From a virus (Duplodnaviria; Caudoviricetes), in IMG/VR virus record IMGVR_UViG_3300035660_000014, positions 1 through 54,305 of that record: a stretch of DNA of 54,305 bases. One strand, 5' to 3'. The notes below the pieces were generated by a model. The model worked only from the letters and a program-made list of their open reading frames with translations, was not told where the DNA came from and searched no databases. Position numbers and translations under genes: made by a program. Shown here in pieces: positions 1 to 9,384 of this stretch. Numbering within the stretch: position 1 is the stretch's first letter; the number at the start of each line of letters is the position of its first letter.

Positions 1-132
1 GGTGAACAACCACAGGAAACCGGTAAAGGTCCTCCCGGTGTACAACCTGTGGAGACCACACAAACCGACTGCACACCCCAACCACAGGAGGTACGAGAGG
101 AAGATGCTCTTCCCTTTAACCTTCGAGTACAT
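1..132 (-). CDS. TM2 (NINE)-domain membrane protein, runs off the window edge; absent from the ORF track
   Basis: ATG at 132 preceded by AAGGAGGT. Translates MYSKVKGKSIFLSYLLWLGCAVGLCGLHRLYTGRTFTGFLWLFT, matching the TM2 pattern KS..AYLLW..G.HRFY.G....G.LWLFT. Confidence 0.8.
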   Translation of the reverse strand, partial: MYSKVKGKSIFLSYLLWLGCAVGLCGLHRLYTGRTFTGFLWLFT

Positions 133-151
133 CGTGCACCTCCTTCACCAC

Positions 152-180
152 ATTATATGGCGACCCATCCAACCTTTCAT
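152..180 (-). promoter_or_regulatory. sigma70-type promoter for the TM2 gene
   Basis: Minus strand reads ATGAAA-17 nt-TATAAT (-35 at 180-175, -10 at 157-152), just upstream of the RBS. Confidence 0.6.
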
Positions 181-211
181 ACTCAACACCACAGTGCTCA
201 CCCCACACATG

Positions 212-1243
212 TTATGTGTATTCGTCCACCACCCAGCATCCAGCTGTACCCACACCTCCGGTTTGTGCTGCACTGACCGCCGTTCCGCCACCACCCCCAG
301 CTCCGTAACCCTTACCAGGGCTTCCCACACCGTTGACAATGGCTCCGACTCCGCCGCTACCGAACTTAGACGGAGCACCTCTACCGGAAACGCCGAGAAG
401 ACCGGAGTGCCTTTCCGAGTGTCCGCCGGGTGCACCGCCATCGTTCAGGTCACCGTTTGTGGACACAGTCGCACCCGCACCCCCGGCGGCGAGAATGAGT
501 GTCACCCCTGTTAGCATCCCGGGTCCACCCACGCCACCATTGACAGTGTAGGTTGTCGCCCCGACCACGAAAGTGCTGCTCCCACCGTTACCGCCCGCAC
601 CGCCAGTGTTCGCTCCAGCAGTGCCAGCCGCACCGAGGGTGTAGTTGTAGGTTGTGTTTGGGGTCACGGTCACCGTCTTCTCAAGGTAGCCCCCCGCTCC
701 ACCACCAGCCCCGTACGCCTGGTTGCCCGCCGCGTAGGATGCACCTCCACCTCCACCTCCCCCACCAACACCCCGGATGAAGATGGTTGTCGTGGTCGGT
801 CCGACCTTGTGTGTCGTACCCGATATCAGAACCGTCGTCTTGACGAATCGACCAGCACCACCCGCACCCGATTGCTTAACGTTGCCCTGAGCGTCGATGA
901 CTTTCCATCCTGCCGCATCCGTGTAATCCAGGTGTTCGCCCGGTTGGAGAGTGGTCACGATCAGCACATAGAACGTGCCACCGTGATTGCGCTGCACCGT
1001 AACCGTTGCCGCCACCGTATCAGCGTTATAAATACTCACACCGTTGCATTTGCGTTGCGTGCTGGCGATGGGCGAACCCATAATGATCACGGCGGTCGTA
1101 CCGTTCGTCAGTATCTCGGTTCCGCCGGGTGTGATGGTGGTGGCTGTGATGTCAACCCAGTCGGTACTGCACACAAGTTGATTGGTCGTGACCTCCACGG
1201 CCAGTTTTGCTTCCAACGCTTCGGTTGTGGCATCGAGAATCAT
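212..1243 (-). CDS. Glycine-rich tail fibre/virion protein
   Basis: 343 aa with a Gly-rich C-terminal domain (GVGGGGGGGG, GAGGGAGGY, GYGAGGGGG) common in phage fibre-region proteins; lies downstream of the baseplate genes. Confidence 0.65.
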   Translation of the reverse strand: MILDATTEALEAKLAVEVTTNQLVCSTDWVDITATTITPGGTEILTNGTTAVIIMGSPIASTQRKCNGVSIYNADTVAATVTVQRNHGGTFYVLIVTTLQPGEHLDYTDAAGWKVIDAQGNVKQSGAGGAGRFVKTTVLISGTTHKVGPTTTTIFIRGVGGGGGGGGASYAAGNQAYGAGGGAGGYLEKTVTVTPNTTYNYTLGAAGTAGANTGGAGGNGGSSTFVVGATTYTVNGGVGGPGMLTGVTLILAAGGAGATVSTNGDLNDGGAPGGHSERHSGLLGVSGRGAPSKFGSGGVGAIVNGVGSPGKGYGAGGGGGTAVSAAQTGGVGTAGCWVVDEYT

Positions 1244-1244
1244 T

Positions 1245-2003
1245 TCAGCACCTCAAAGAGACGCACGCGAGCACCTGGGCCTGGGTGAGACCAGAACCTC
1301 CCGCTGGTGCATCCCATGTTCCATTGTCTTTCAGATATTTACCCGAAGGCGTGCCCGTTGCTGGACAACCACCTCTCTTAGCCACGGAGAGGGTGGGCAA
1401 ACGGTCGCCATCCAACGTTCCGGTGGTGATGGTGTCAGCGCCCTGGTTGTGCGCAGCGGGCGGCTGCGCCGTCGAGTGCGTTCCTGATGCGCGGTGTGTT
1501 TCAACGGTCCCGGAGGCTTCCGCACCTACGCCGACTGCGGTATGCGGCGAGCCTGTGCCTGTGATGTGCGTCTGGATGGCCGTGTCCTTCGGTTCGTAGG
1601 CGCTGGCGTGATCATGACTGGCAGTTGCAGCGCCGATGCCTGCCGGAGTGTGAGGACTACCAGTCCCCGTGATATGTGGCTGAATCGCGGGGTCCGCCGC
1701 TTCGTAGGCCACGCTGTGTTTGTCGCTGCCGTGATTCGTCGGCGTCCGGGGGTCCGAAAGGCGGGAATCGCCCTCGGCGACGATGCCGCCATGTGCTCCT
1801 GTTGTCGCCTCGTCGTGCGTGTCGAGGTTGCTCTGCACTCCGGCTGCCGCACCGGCGGTCTCCTTGCCGGCCAAGGCGGGTTCAAGTCCAACGACCTCTG
1901 ATATTTCCAACGTACCCGTGTGGTTAGCACGCCACTTTTCAGGACCGAGTTTGTTGGGGTTCTCATCAGTCCCCGAGGGTTGCCAAACGTGCGTGATAGG
2001 CAT
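1245..2003 (-). CDS. Putative tail fibre-related protein with internal repeat
   Basis: His-spaced fibre-like segments; duplicated AYE...AIQ.HITGTGSPHT; ends with KYLKDNGTW and LTQAQVL; AGGAG RBS. Confidence 0.6.
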   Translation of the reverse strand: MPITHVWQPSGTDENPNKLGPEKWRANHTGTLEISEVVGLEPALAGKETAGAAAGVQSNLDTHDEATTGAHGGIVAEGDSRLSDPRTPTNHGSDKHSVAYEAADPAIQPHITGTGSPHTPAGIGAATASHDHASAYEPKDTAIQTHITGTGSPHTAVGVGAEASGTVETHRASGTHSTAQPPAAHNQGADTITTGTLDGDRLPTLSVAKRGGCPATGTPSGKYLKDNGTWDAPAGGSGLTQAQVLACVSLRC

Positions 2004-2012
2004 CCTCTTCTC

Positions 2013-2420
2013 CTATTGAATGAAGTCCTCCTGGGCAAACCCCACTTGAGCAAACCCCTCCTGGGCGGGAACGTGAGAGTCGAGATCGTACCAAACACCA
2101 TCCATCAACTTCACCGCAACCACGTGACCTCTAGCGTCAAGTCGCAGGTGCCAGATCGTGTTCCACCCAGCTGGAGTGCTCACCAGAGGGTTTCCATCCA
2201 GGTTGTACCACTTCGTCACCCAACCCGCATCCCACTCGACAAAACCTACCTCGACAACGTGTCCGCGTGCGTCGATACGTAGGTGGTGAAGTGGGTGAGT
2301 ACCTATCGCGGTCTGGCCAAGTGGGTTACCGTCCAGGTCGTACCACCAACCACCCGTCTCACTTTGAAAAGCCACCAGGTGCCCACGTGCATCTATCTGC
2401 AAATGCCAGACTGGTTGCAT
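2013..2420 (-). CDS. Small protein with three ~40-aa internal repeats
   Basis: HL(Q/R)(I/L)DARGH(L/V)V...WY(D/N)LD occurs three times; C-terminal QEGFAQVGFAQEDFIQ. Confidence 0.65.
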   Translation of the reverse strand: MQPVWHLQIDARGHLVAFQSETGGWWYDLDGNPLGQTAIGTHPLHHLRIDARGHVVEVGFVEWDAGWVTKWYNLDGNPLVSTPAGWNTIWHLRLDARGHVVAVKLMDGVWYDLDSHVPAQEGFAQVGFAQEDFIQ

Positions 2421-2430
2421 GTTACACCAC

Positions 2431-4296
2431 TCAAAGCAACGACGTATCCAGTTTCACAGACTGGGGGTCGCCATGGACGAGTTGTTTGTAGAAAGGACTT
2501 GTGGGGTCGGTGTCGATCACGAGCCAACCGTCGTCCTCCCCACCCTGTGGACGCTGGTACACCAAGTCACCACCCTCGATACCCTGTCCAGTGGTGAGCC
2601 ACTCGTAACGGCAGTTGTCCTCCCGGATGTAGTAGAACGAGACCCTAGCACCACGAGGTGGTGGGTCCTTGAACGTAACTGTGAAGTTCCTCGTACCCCG
2701 GTAGTTCACCCTCTTCTGTGCCACAGCAACGTTCGGGTCCACGTCACCACCGAGGGTACCGTACCATGTAGTGTTACCCCCGGGTGTGACCATCTCGATG
2801 GTGTGTACGTTCTGTGTGATCTCCCTCCGTTTGACCGACACAGGTGCGGTATAACTCTGCTTGGTTGAGCACTTCAGGTGGATCGTACCCGCACTCGTGC
2901 TCTGGACTAGGTTAGTCTCCGCACCACTGTTGTCCTCGATAACAACTGCGTCTCCAGGAGAGAACAACGGTGCGGAAGGCGAAGAGATGGAGGTAGCACC
3001 CTGTGGGACAGACCCGATAACAGTTGCAGTGAGTGCGTCGAGTTTCGCCTCGAACCTGACGCTACAGGGGTGGGGTGGTGCACCCACATTGCCCGACCAA
3101 GCGGTAATGGTTCCGTTACCCTTAGTCGGGTGTGACTCGCCCACCTCGTTACCAGGGACACATCTAACGTGGGTCCAATCACCGTCGTCGACGTCTGGCA
3201 ACACTTCGTCGTCCGAAAGCTTCGCGTCACCCACCACGGTGTAATAGAAGACAGGGATAGGTCCACCCACGGGAGTGACCCACCACGGGTCGTTCTCGTC
3301 AGCGGGTGGGAACGTCTCACCCACACAGGGGAACCAGACACGACCCTTTGGTCCCTCATCCTCCCGACCCTTCACAACCGCGGGGAAGATCTCGGTCTCA
3401 GCACACGCCTGACAACCTGACTGACAAGAACCAGACTGGCAACCTTGTTCGCAACTCCCTGCTTCACACCTTGCCCGGCAGTCGAGTGCGCAAGGTTGGT
3501 GTGCCTCACCCGAACCTTCACACCCACCCTGACACGCGACCTGGCACGCGGAGTACTCGCAGGTGGTCTCACAATAGGCCTGGCAGGAGGACTCGCACGT
3601 GACCTGACAAGTAACGTCAACTGTGACTCCTCCGGGACCATCCAAGATGCCACCGGAGGAGTCGCTGTAGGTACCCACCAACCCACTCCCAGCAAGGGAG
3701 TCGCTAACACGAAGGGTTTCCTCCTGGTCAACCCTCTCCATGTTGTGTCGCAGAACAACGTGAATCGGTCTAAGACTCTCGATGACGGGGACCAGTTGCG
3801 AGGCGTCAGTGGGGGAGAGGAATACGGGGTTCCCGAGTGGGTCCAAATAGTACAGGTCGAACCTCGCAGCACGGAGTTGGTGTGTGTAGTCACTAAACCT
3901 AGAGTAGTCACCCTCCTCGTAGGGGACACTCTTCCAGAGTTCCCACGCCTTGTAGAGGATCCCCTCGACCCACCTAAACTGCTTGTCCCATCCGAGGTGG
4001 GTACCCTTCACCTTGTAGAACCCGACCAGGTTCTTGACGAACCACCGCTGGAAGGGGAGACCCAACCCGGAGTCGACCATCGTCCCGAGGGTCGCGGAGA
4101 TGAACAGGAGGAACTCGGGGTCGGTGATGTCGACGTCCATGATACGACCGAACTCACGGATCTCCGTCTCGGTAACACCAACCTCTTGTTCCAGACACTC
4201 GACCACCTTCTGGAAGTTCCCCACCGCATCGGGTCCACCAGACGCGAGGGAGTCCTTATAGCGGACTATCCTCGGGATGAGGTCCCAGAGAGCCAT
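2431..4296 (-). CDS. Baseplate/tail protein with P2 gpI-like N-terminal domain, central Cys-x3 block and C-terminal beta domains
   Basis: N-terminus (MDVDITDPEFLLFISATLG...YKVKGT) is paralogous to 4303..5886; 16-Cys block TCQVTCESSCQAYCETTC...; position after baseplate J. Confidence 0.65.
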   Translation of the reverse strand: MALWDLIPRIVRYKDSLASGGPDAVGNFQKVVECLEQEVGVTETEIREFGRIMDVDITDPEFLLFISATLGTMVDSGLGLPFQRWFVKNLVGFYKVKGTHLGWDKQFRWVEGILYKAWELWKSVPYEEGDYSRFSDYTHQLRAARFDLYYLDPLGNPVFLSPTDASQLVPVIESLRPIHVVLRHNMERVDQEETLRVSDSLAGSGLVGTYSDSSGGILDGPGGVTVDVTCQVTCESSCQAYCETTCEYSACQVACQGGCEGSGEAHQPCALDCRARCEAGSCEQGCQSGSCQSGCQACAETEIFPAVVKGREDEGPKGRVWFPCVGETFPPADENDPWWVTPVGGPIPVFYYTVVGDAKLSDDEVLPDVDDGDWTHVRCVPGNEVGESHPTKGNGTITAWSGNVGAPPHPCSVRFEAKLDALTATVIGSVPQGATSISSPSAPLFSPGDAVVIEDNSGAETNLVQSTSAGTIHLKCSTKQSYTAPVSVKRREITQNVHTIEMVTPGGNTTWYGTLGGDVDPNVAVAQKRVNYRGTRNFTVTFKDPPPRGARVSFYYIREDNCRYEWLTTGQGIEGGDLVYQRPQGGEDDGWLVIDTDPTSPFYKQLVHGDPQSVKLDTSLL

Positions 4297-4302
4297 TCAG
4301 AG

Positions 4303-5886
4303 CTACCCTAAAGGTAACTGGCAAGTAACCTCGCAAGTTGCTTCGCAACCACCGAGTTCGCAGACGGTTTGACAGGAGGACTGACAGACCGCCTGGCAGG
4401 TGTTCTCACACACCACCTCACAACCACCCAGTTGGCAGTGGGTCTGGCAGGTGTTCTCACACACCACCTCACAACCACCTAGTTCGCAACTAGTCTGACA
4501 GGTAACCTCACATCCCGTCATACAACCACCGAGTTCGCAACTAGTCTGACAGGCGAGTTGGCAGGTGGTTTGGCACGAAACGGACTCACACTCAGCCTCA
4601 CACCCACCGAGTTCGCAAATTCCCTCACACCCTGCTTCACACACAGCTTGGCACCCCGGTTCGCAACCAACCTGGCAGGGACCCTGGCAGACGAGTTGGC
4701 AGGCTAGTTGGCAATCGGTCTCACACACTACCTCACAACCGAGTTCGCAGGTGGTCTGGCAGGTTGCCTGACAGGTTACCTGACAGGTGTTCTCACATGC
4801 GGTCTCGCAACCCGCGAGTTCACAGGACCCTTGACAGACGTTCTCGCATGGGGTCTCGCAACCACCTTGACAGTAAGCCTGACAGGTGCCCTCACACACC
4901 ACCTCACAACCGAGTTCACAAACGGTCTGACAGGTGGTCTGGCAGGTGGTCTCACACGAGGTCAACTGGCAAGCGAGTTCGCAAGAGGTCTCACACCCAC
5001 CCTGGCATGCAGTCTGACAGGTGGTCTCACAAGTTGCTTCACACCCGGTCTCGCAACTGCCTGCCTCACAACTCGAACCCTCGCAACCGACCGACTCACA
5101 TTGTGCCTCACACCAAGTGACACACGTGGTGAGGACCGTGACGGCGTCGCTCATACCAAGGGGTGGTTCGGTGAAGTGACCACCTAACTGGTGGGGCGAC
5201 CAAAGTTCACCACCAGTCTCACATGTTGCCTCACAACCCGTCTCACAACCGCCTGTGGACTCGCACGCGGAGTCGCAAGCGTGGGGGACGAGATCGGTGG
5301 GGATGTCCCAGGGTGTTCCGGGCGACCTGATCAACACATGTATGGGCAAAACCGGAGTGAGGAGTGCGACCAACTCGTTCCTCACCACGGGGTCGAGCGA
5401 CACCGGTAGGGTAGGGTAACCAGTGGGAACGATGTCCACTCGTGCGGCTTTGAGTTGGTGTGTGTAGTCCCTAAACGGGCTGTAGTCCCACTCCTCGTGA
5501 ACCTTTGTCTTCCACAACTCCCAGGGGACGTGACCAGCCCACCCCCAGAGGGTCAACAGTGAGGAGAGACTTAGGTGGGCTCCCTTCAAGAGCCACACCA
5601 ACACCATACTCTTCACCACCACCCGCTTCTTTGTCGCAGACCAGGAACCGCTATAACCACCACACACGTAGTAGGCGAGGTAGGGGAGGAAGCCTAGAGG
5701 GCAGGTATCGGAGTCGGCCAAGTCCACCAGGTGGCGGATCTCCTCGCTGGTGACCTCCGTTTCCGACTCCAACCCATGAACGATCTTCTTTAGGATGGAC
5801 TCGGTGCCGACCGTTTCGTCGAGTATGCCACTCGCAAGGAGACTTTTAGACCGAACGACAAGAGGGAGGAGGTTGTAAAGGTCCAC
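4303..5886 (-). CDS. Baseplate protein (P2 gpI-like) fused to a long C-(E/Q)-x-x repeat array
   Basis: DSDTCPLGFLPYLAYYV...KKRVVVK...LKGA is gpI-like; the C-terminal ~270 aa has Cys every 4-5 residues; directly follows baseplate J. Confidence 0.7.
   Translation of the reverse strand: MDLYNLLPLVVRSKSLLASGILDETVGTESILKKIVHGLESETEVTSEEIRHLVDLADSDTCPLGFLPYLAYYVCGGYSGSWSATKKRVVVKSMVLVWLLKGAHLSLSSLLTLWGWAGHVPWELWKTKVHEEWDYSPFRDYTHQLKAARVDIVPTGYPTLPVSLDPVVRNELVALLTPVLPIHVLIRSPGTPWDIPTDLVPHACDSACESTGGCETGCEATCETGGELWSPHQLGGHFTEPPLGMSDAVTVLTTCVTWCEAQCESVGCEGSSCEAGSCETGCEATCETTCQTACQGGCETSCELACQLTSCETTCQTTCQTVCELGCEVVCEGTCQAYCQGGCETPCENVCQGSCELAGCETACENTCQVTCQATCQTTCELGCEVVCETDCQLACQLVCQGPCQVGCEPGCQAVCEAGCEGICELGGCEAECESVSCQTTCQLACQTSCELGGCMTGCEVTCQTSCELGGCEVVCENTCQTHCQLGGCEVVCENTCQAVCQSSCQTVCELGGCEATCEVTCQLPLG
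4310..5280 (-). repeat. Degenerate coding repeat array encoding Cys-x3 units
   Basis: Recurring 12-15-bp units; CTGGCAGGTGTTCTCACACACCACCTCACAACCACC occurs twice near 4393 and 4444. Confidence 0.85.
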
Positions 5887-5903
5887 ACCTATCTTCTTCC
5901 TCT

Positions 5904-8900
5904 CTACGCCGTCCCGATGGTGAGATTACCCCTCACCACGAGTTGGGTCTTCAAAACTGGGATGTCCTCGCTGGGGGTTCTCAACATCTGCCTGTACGTG
6001 GACCTCACCACCGTTCCCGCACCTGGGACAGCAGCGAAGGTGAAGTCGTACGCACCAGTATCGTAGTCGATGTGGTTGACACCCCCAGGGTTGACATCAC
6101 CAACCAACGCACCGTTTCCGTCGTCGGTCACGACCTGAATGCCATCGGAGAACGCGATGCCCTTCTCAGAGGTGATCGGGTCCCAGGGGACGATCGGGGG
6201 GTACGTAACCACACCCGTGAACCTTGCAGTGGACCCGTCAGAGGTGGCCTCAACCTCTCCCCTCTGGTAATCAGCCACGTTCCTGTAGGTCGCGTACACG
6301 AGTTGGCCAACAGCGGGTGCGGCGGTGAACGTCACGTCCACCGCACCTGTAGCGTAGTCGATCGTACCCGTACCCGAACCCGTTAGGTTACCCTCCCCGT
6401 CGTCGGTTAACGACTGGGTCCCCGCGAAGACAACCACGGTGTGAGGAACCACAGGGAGGTTCGGTTCGAGATCGAGTGTCGCGATGAAGTGGGTTGTAAC
6501 CGCGTTACCCACACCAATCGCGTCGGTCGACTTTAGGGAGGCAGTGATGAGGTTGACCACAGCATGGGAGACACCAACTGAGTCCTGGATTGCGTTGTAC
6601 ACCTTACTTATCCGTAGGGACACCCCGGGTTCGTTCTCCGCACTATCGAACAGGTCAACCAAACTGTCAGTCACGTTCGTCACAACCACCGCAGAGGTAT
6701 ACTCACTCTCGGGAGTCACAGTCACATCGATGTCCACATAGAGGATAACCCCATTGAGAACCTCCACGTCAGTACACACCACACGGATAGCACCCTCACC
6801 ATTGTTCATGAAGTACGTCTGAAGAGCGTCTTTCAAGCCCACTGAGGGTTCGACGATATTCCCACCACCATCTCTCGCCCATGTGTAGAGTTCGACAGTG
6901 TTGAGTTCCGGGATCTCTTGCTTCAGTTTGGCTTTCGCGAAGGCGACCTTCCCGTAGACAGGACTGCTGAAAGCAGTCGCGAGTGTGTCGAAGTCTCTCT
7001 CAGTAACCGCCCTCCCGTTCGTGGTAGCCCATCGAGGGATCCACAACTTCGCGTGCTCGATGGTCTCCCTCTCTTCACCACCACTCCCTCGGAAAACGTC
7101 ATTCACAACCCCAACGGACACAGAGGTCGGGGGAAGCACACCATCTAGGTACCCATCAATACTGGTGTTCACCTCACCGATGTTGATGTTACCTCTCACA
7201 CCACCACCCACCCTGTAGGTGACCACGATAGAGGACCCAGCGGGAGGGACCTGACCATTCACACCATCCCCAAACAGGACGTACACCTTGTCGTTCTCGT
7301 CGTGTTCCACCTGGTAGGCTGGGGAGGTGGTTGTGGCAAACACGAGAGAGGAGAGTGGAGACCACACAGCACCATCAACCACCACACTGATGGACCCGCT
7401 GACGACACCCGGTTCAGTCAGAGCAAGCCTCAACCAGGTAGCACCCGATCCGACGAACGACTCACTCCGAGCCTCACCCTCGGTGAAGGTGGCGGACCCC
7501 GTGAGAGACCCAGCGGAGATCCTCTGTTCAGCCAACACCCTGAAGGTCACACCCTTCGCGGTCTGGACAGTGGTCCCCACAGGGATAACCACGTCCACAA
7601 CCTGGGGTGCACCGATGGTTGCAGCGCACACAACCGCGGCACCAGTTGGGAGACCTAGTTGGTACCCCACCAACTTCCCCAACCTGATAACCGATTCTCT
7701 ATCCCGGGCTGTTGGAAGGAAACAATTGTGCACAAACACACCAGACCGGAGTCCGAAGTTATGGTGCTGCTCCACACGCAAATCGTAACAGTCCTCCCTT
7801 TCAACAAGACTCCGCACCACCTTCACACGGTGGTTATTAGCACACGCATACTGGTTGGACCAAGTCCTCTTGAGAGTTTCAGATCGCTTCAGGTTTGACT
7901 CGTGTGTCTGCTTACGTCCCAATAGTGCCGCACTGATCCTACACCGGTGCTCGAACGACTTGGCTCGTCCTGTGAGAGCCTCACTTACTTGCGCACCAAA
8001 CCCCTCGGGTTTAGGCACACCGGTTAGCAGGGATGAGACGTGACGTTTTGTGTCCTCCGTGTGGTGGTACCCACGAGCGAACTGGTTGCCTCCCATCCAT
8101 GCCGCGTGTTGGGGTCGCTTTTTACCACGGAAGGCGGAACCCGCACCATATCGCCACTCAGGAGTAACAGTGGGTCCGGAGATTTCACCAGATTTCACAC
8201 GCAACCAATATCGTTGAAGACCCTCAGAGATCCTCCTACGGTGGTCCGCTGTTTTCGGTGTAGAATGCAACTCACGGTGGCCACACCACGTCATCCACTC
8301 AAGCACCTCGGGACGATTGTCTCTTGTGTTGAAGCCACCATCAGGTTGCCTCTTGTGGTGAACCACTTCAAGGGGCACACCAAGAGCAAAGCACAAGTGA
8401 GTCCGGACAAGTTTCTTTATATCTGGTTGATAGAGTAACTCGTAACCCCAACGGTCGTACCAGCGGTACAGTGGCATCAGGGACGTACCAGGAGTGAGAT
8501 CCTTCGCCTCCCTGTAGGTACCGTCACGGAGCATCCATAGGTGGTCTGGGGTACAGCGAACGGATTGGTTGTTGTCGAGAATGACCTCGACCAGTTCGGC
8601 GTTAAGCCGAGTTTTACTCACACCCGTACAGCGACCTGGAACGATCTTCCCGGAAGAGTGGTCGTGGGAGTAAACCCAGAATGGGTCACGACCGACGAGG
8701 TCCTTAATCAGGGCTTCGGTGCCATCCACGAGGGGGATTACAGTATCTCCAGTTAGGCACTCGTTTGCACTGAAATCTAGATAAAAACTCAGGATATCGT
8801 GGGTGTAGGCCACCAACTCCAACCACGCCATCCCTATGGAACTCTCATAAAAGTTGCGCCAAGTATCGGGGAACTTCGCCTGGAGGTGAGCCCGGAGGGC

Positions 8901-8954
8901 CACCATCACACTGTCGAAGTCCCGCGCGGTATAGTCGATCCTTGGAGGTGCCAC
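5904..8954 (-). CDS. Baseplate wedge protein (T4 gp6 / baseplate J-like), intein-containing
   Basis: IDYTARDFDS, FLPTARDRESV, FGDGVNGQVP, YRVGGGVRGN, GGEERETIE and RAVTERDF motifs; GTG start with AGGAGG. Confidence 0.9.
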   Translation of the reverse strand: MAPPRIDYTARDFDSVMVALRAHLQAKFPDTWRNFYESSIGMAWLELVAYTHDILSFYLDFSANECLTGDTVIPLVDGTEALIKDLVGRDPFWVYSHDHSSGKIVPGRCTGVSKTRLNAELVEVILDNNQSVRCTPDHLWMLRDGTYREAKDLTPGTSLMPLYRWYDRWGYELLYQPDIKKLVRTHLCFALGVPLEVVHHKRQPDGGFNTRDNRPEVLEWMTWCGHRELHSTPKTADHRRRISEGLQRYWLRVKSGEISGPTVTPEWRYGAGSAFRGKKRPQHAAWMGGNQFARGYHHTEDTKRHVSSLLTGVPKPEGFGAQVSEALTGRAKSFEHRCRISAALLGRKQTHESNLKRSETLKRTWSNQYACANNHRVKVVRSLVEREDCYDLRVEQHHNFGLRSGVFVHNCFLPTARDRESVIRLGKLVGYQLGLPTGAAVVCAATIGAPQVVDVVIPVGTTVQTAKGVTFRVLAEQRISAGSLTGSATFTEGEARSESFVGSGATWLRLALTEPGVVSGSISVVVDGAVWSPLSSLVFATTTSPAYQVEHDENDKVYVLFGDGVNGQVPPAGSSIVVTYRVGGGVRGNINIGEVNTSIDGYLDGVLPPTSVSVGVVNDVFRGSGGEERETIEHAKLWIPRWATTNGRAVTERDFDTLATAFSSPVYGKVAFAKAKLKQEIPELNTVELYTWARDGGGNIVEPSVGLKDALQTYFMNNGEGAIRVVCTDVEVLNGVILYVDIDVTVTPESEYTSAVVVTNVTDSLVDLFDSAENEPGVSLRISKVYNAIQDSVGVSHAVVNLITASLKSTDAIGVGNAVTTHFIATLDLEPNLPVVPHTVVVFAGTQSLTDDGEGNLTGSGTGTIDYATGAVDVTFTAAPAVGQLVYATYRNVADYQRGEVEATSDGSTARFTGVVTYPPIVPWDPITSEKGIAFSDGIQVVTDDGNGALVGDVNPGGVNHIDYDTGAYDFTFAAVPGAGTVVRSTYRQMLRTPSEDIPVLKTQLVVRGNLTIGTA
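7725..8759 (-). mobile_element. Intein (345 aa) with HNH-like and NUMOD3-like endonuclease region
   Basis: Begins ANE/CLTGDT; block B CTPDHLW; ends CYDLRVEQHHNF...VFVHN/C. Internal HH..DNRPEVLEWMT..H..LH and HTEDTKRHVS-type repeats. Removing it restores a continuous ANE-CFLPTA. Confidence 0.92.
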
Positions 8955-8967
8955 CTTTTAGGTCCTC

Positions 8968-9384
8968 CTACACTAGAACCCCGGGTTGGAGCTCAAACGC
9001 GAGTACCTGAACGGACTCCGCCTTGGGGTCCTTCTTCACCCGCCACTGAACTTTCACCCGCAGGGTGTTCCCGTCCATCTCAACACCGTAGTCGAGGAAC
9101 TCCACCCTGTCATCCCACAACTCGACCGCTGTCCGAATCGATGCACCGATAGCGACCACAGTAGCGGGGTCGCCAGGTTCGAACAGCATCCCGGGGACGT
9201 CACTCCCGAAGAGGGGTAACATGACCCGTTCCCCCCTCCTAGTGAGGATGATGTTGATGATGGAAGTCTTGAGGACGTCCTGGTCACTCTTCAACTCAGC
9301 GAACGAGGCGAGGTCCTCACCCCACGGGTACGCGATGTCGCTCCACTTTGTGGTCACCTTAGTGGTTCTCCCACCCGGAGGCAC
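8968..9384 (-). CDS. gp25: Baseplate wedge subunit, GPW/gp25 family (true start probably GTG at 9357)
   Basis: SIINIILTRRGERVMLPLFGSDV..LFEP...IRTAVELWDDRV. Confidence 0.9.
   Translation of the reverse strand: MPPGGRTTKVTTKWSDIAYPWGEDLASFAELKSDQDVLKTSIINIILTRRGERVMLPLFGSDVPGMLFEPGDPATVVAIGASIRTAVELWDDRVEFLDYGVEMDGNTLRVKVQWRVKKDPKAESVQVLAFELQPGVLV

Noticed and set aside
145-441. 98-aa minus-strand ORF and the plus-strand ORFs at 2..514 and 49..276
   Set aside because: They overlap the Gly-rich gene, the promoter and the better-supported TM2 ORF, which has a perfect RBS.
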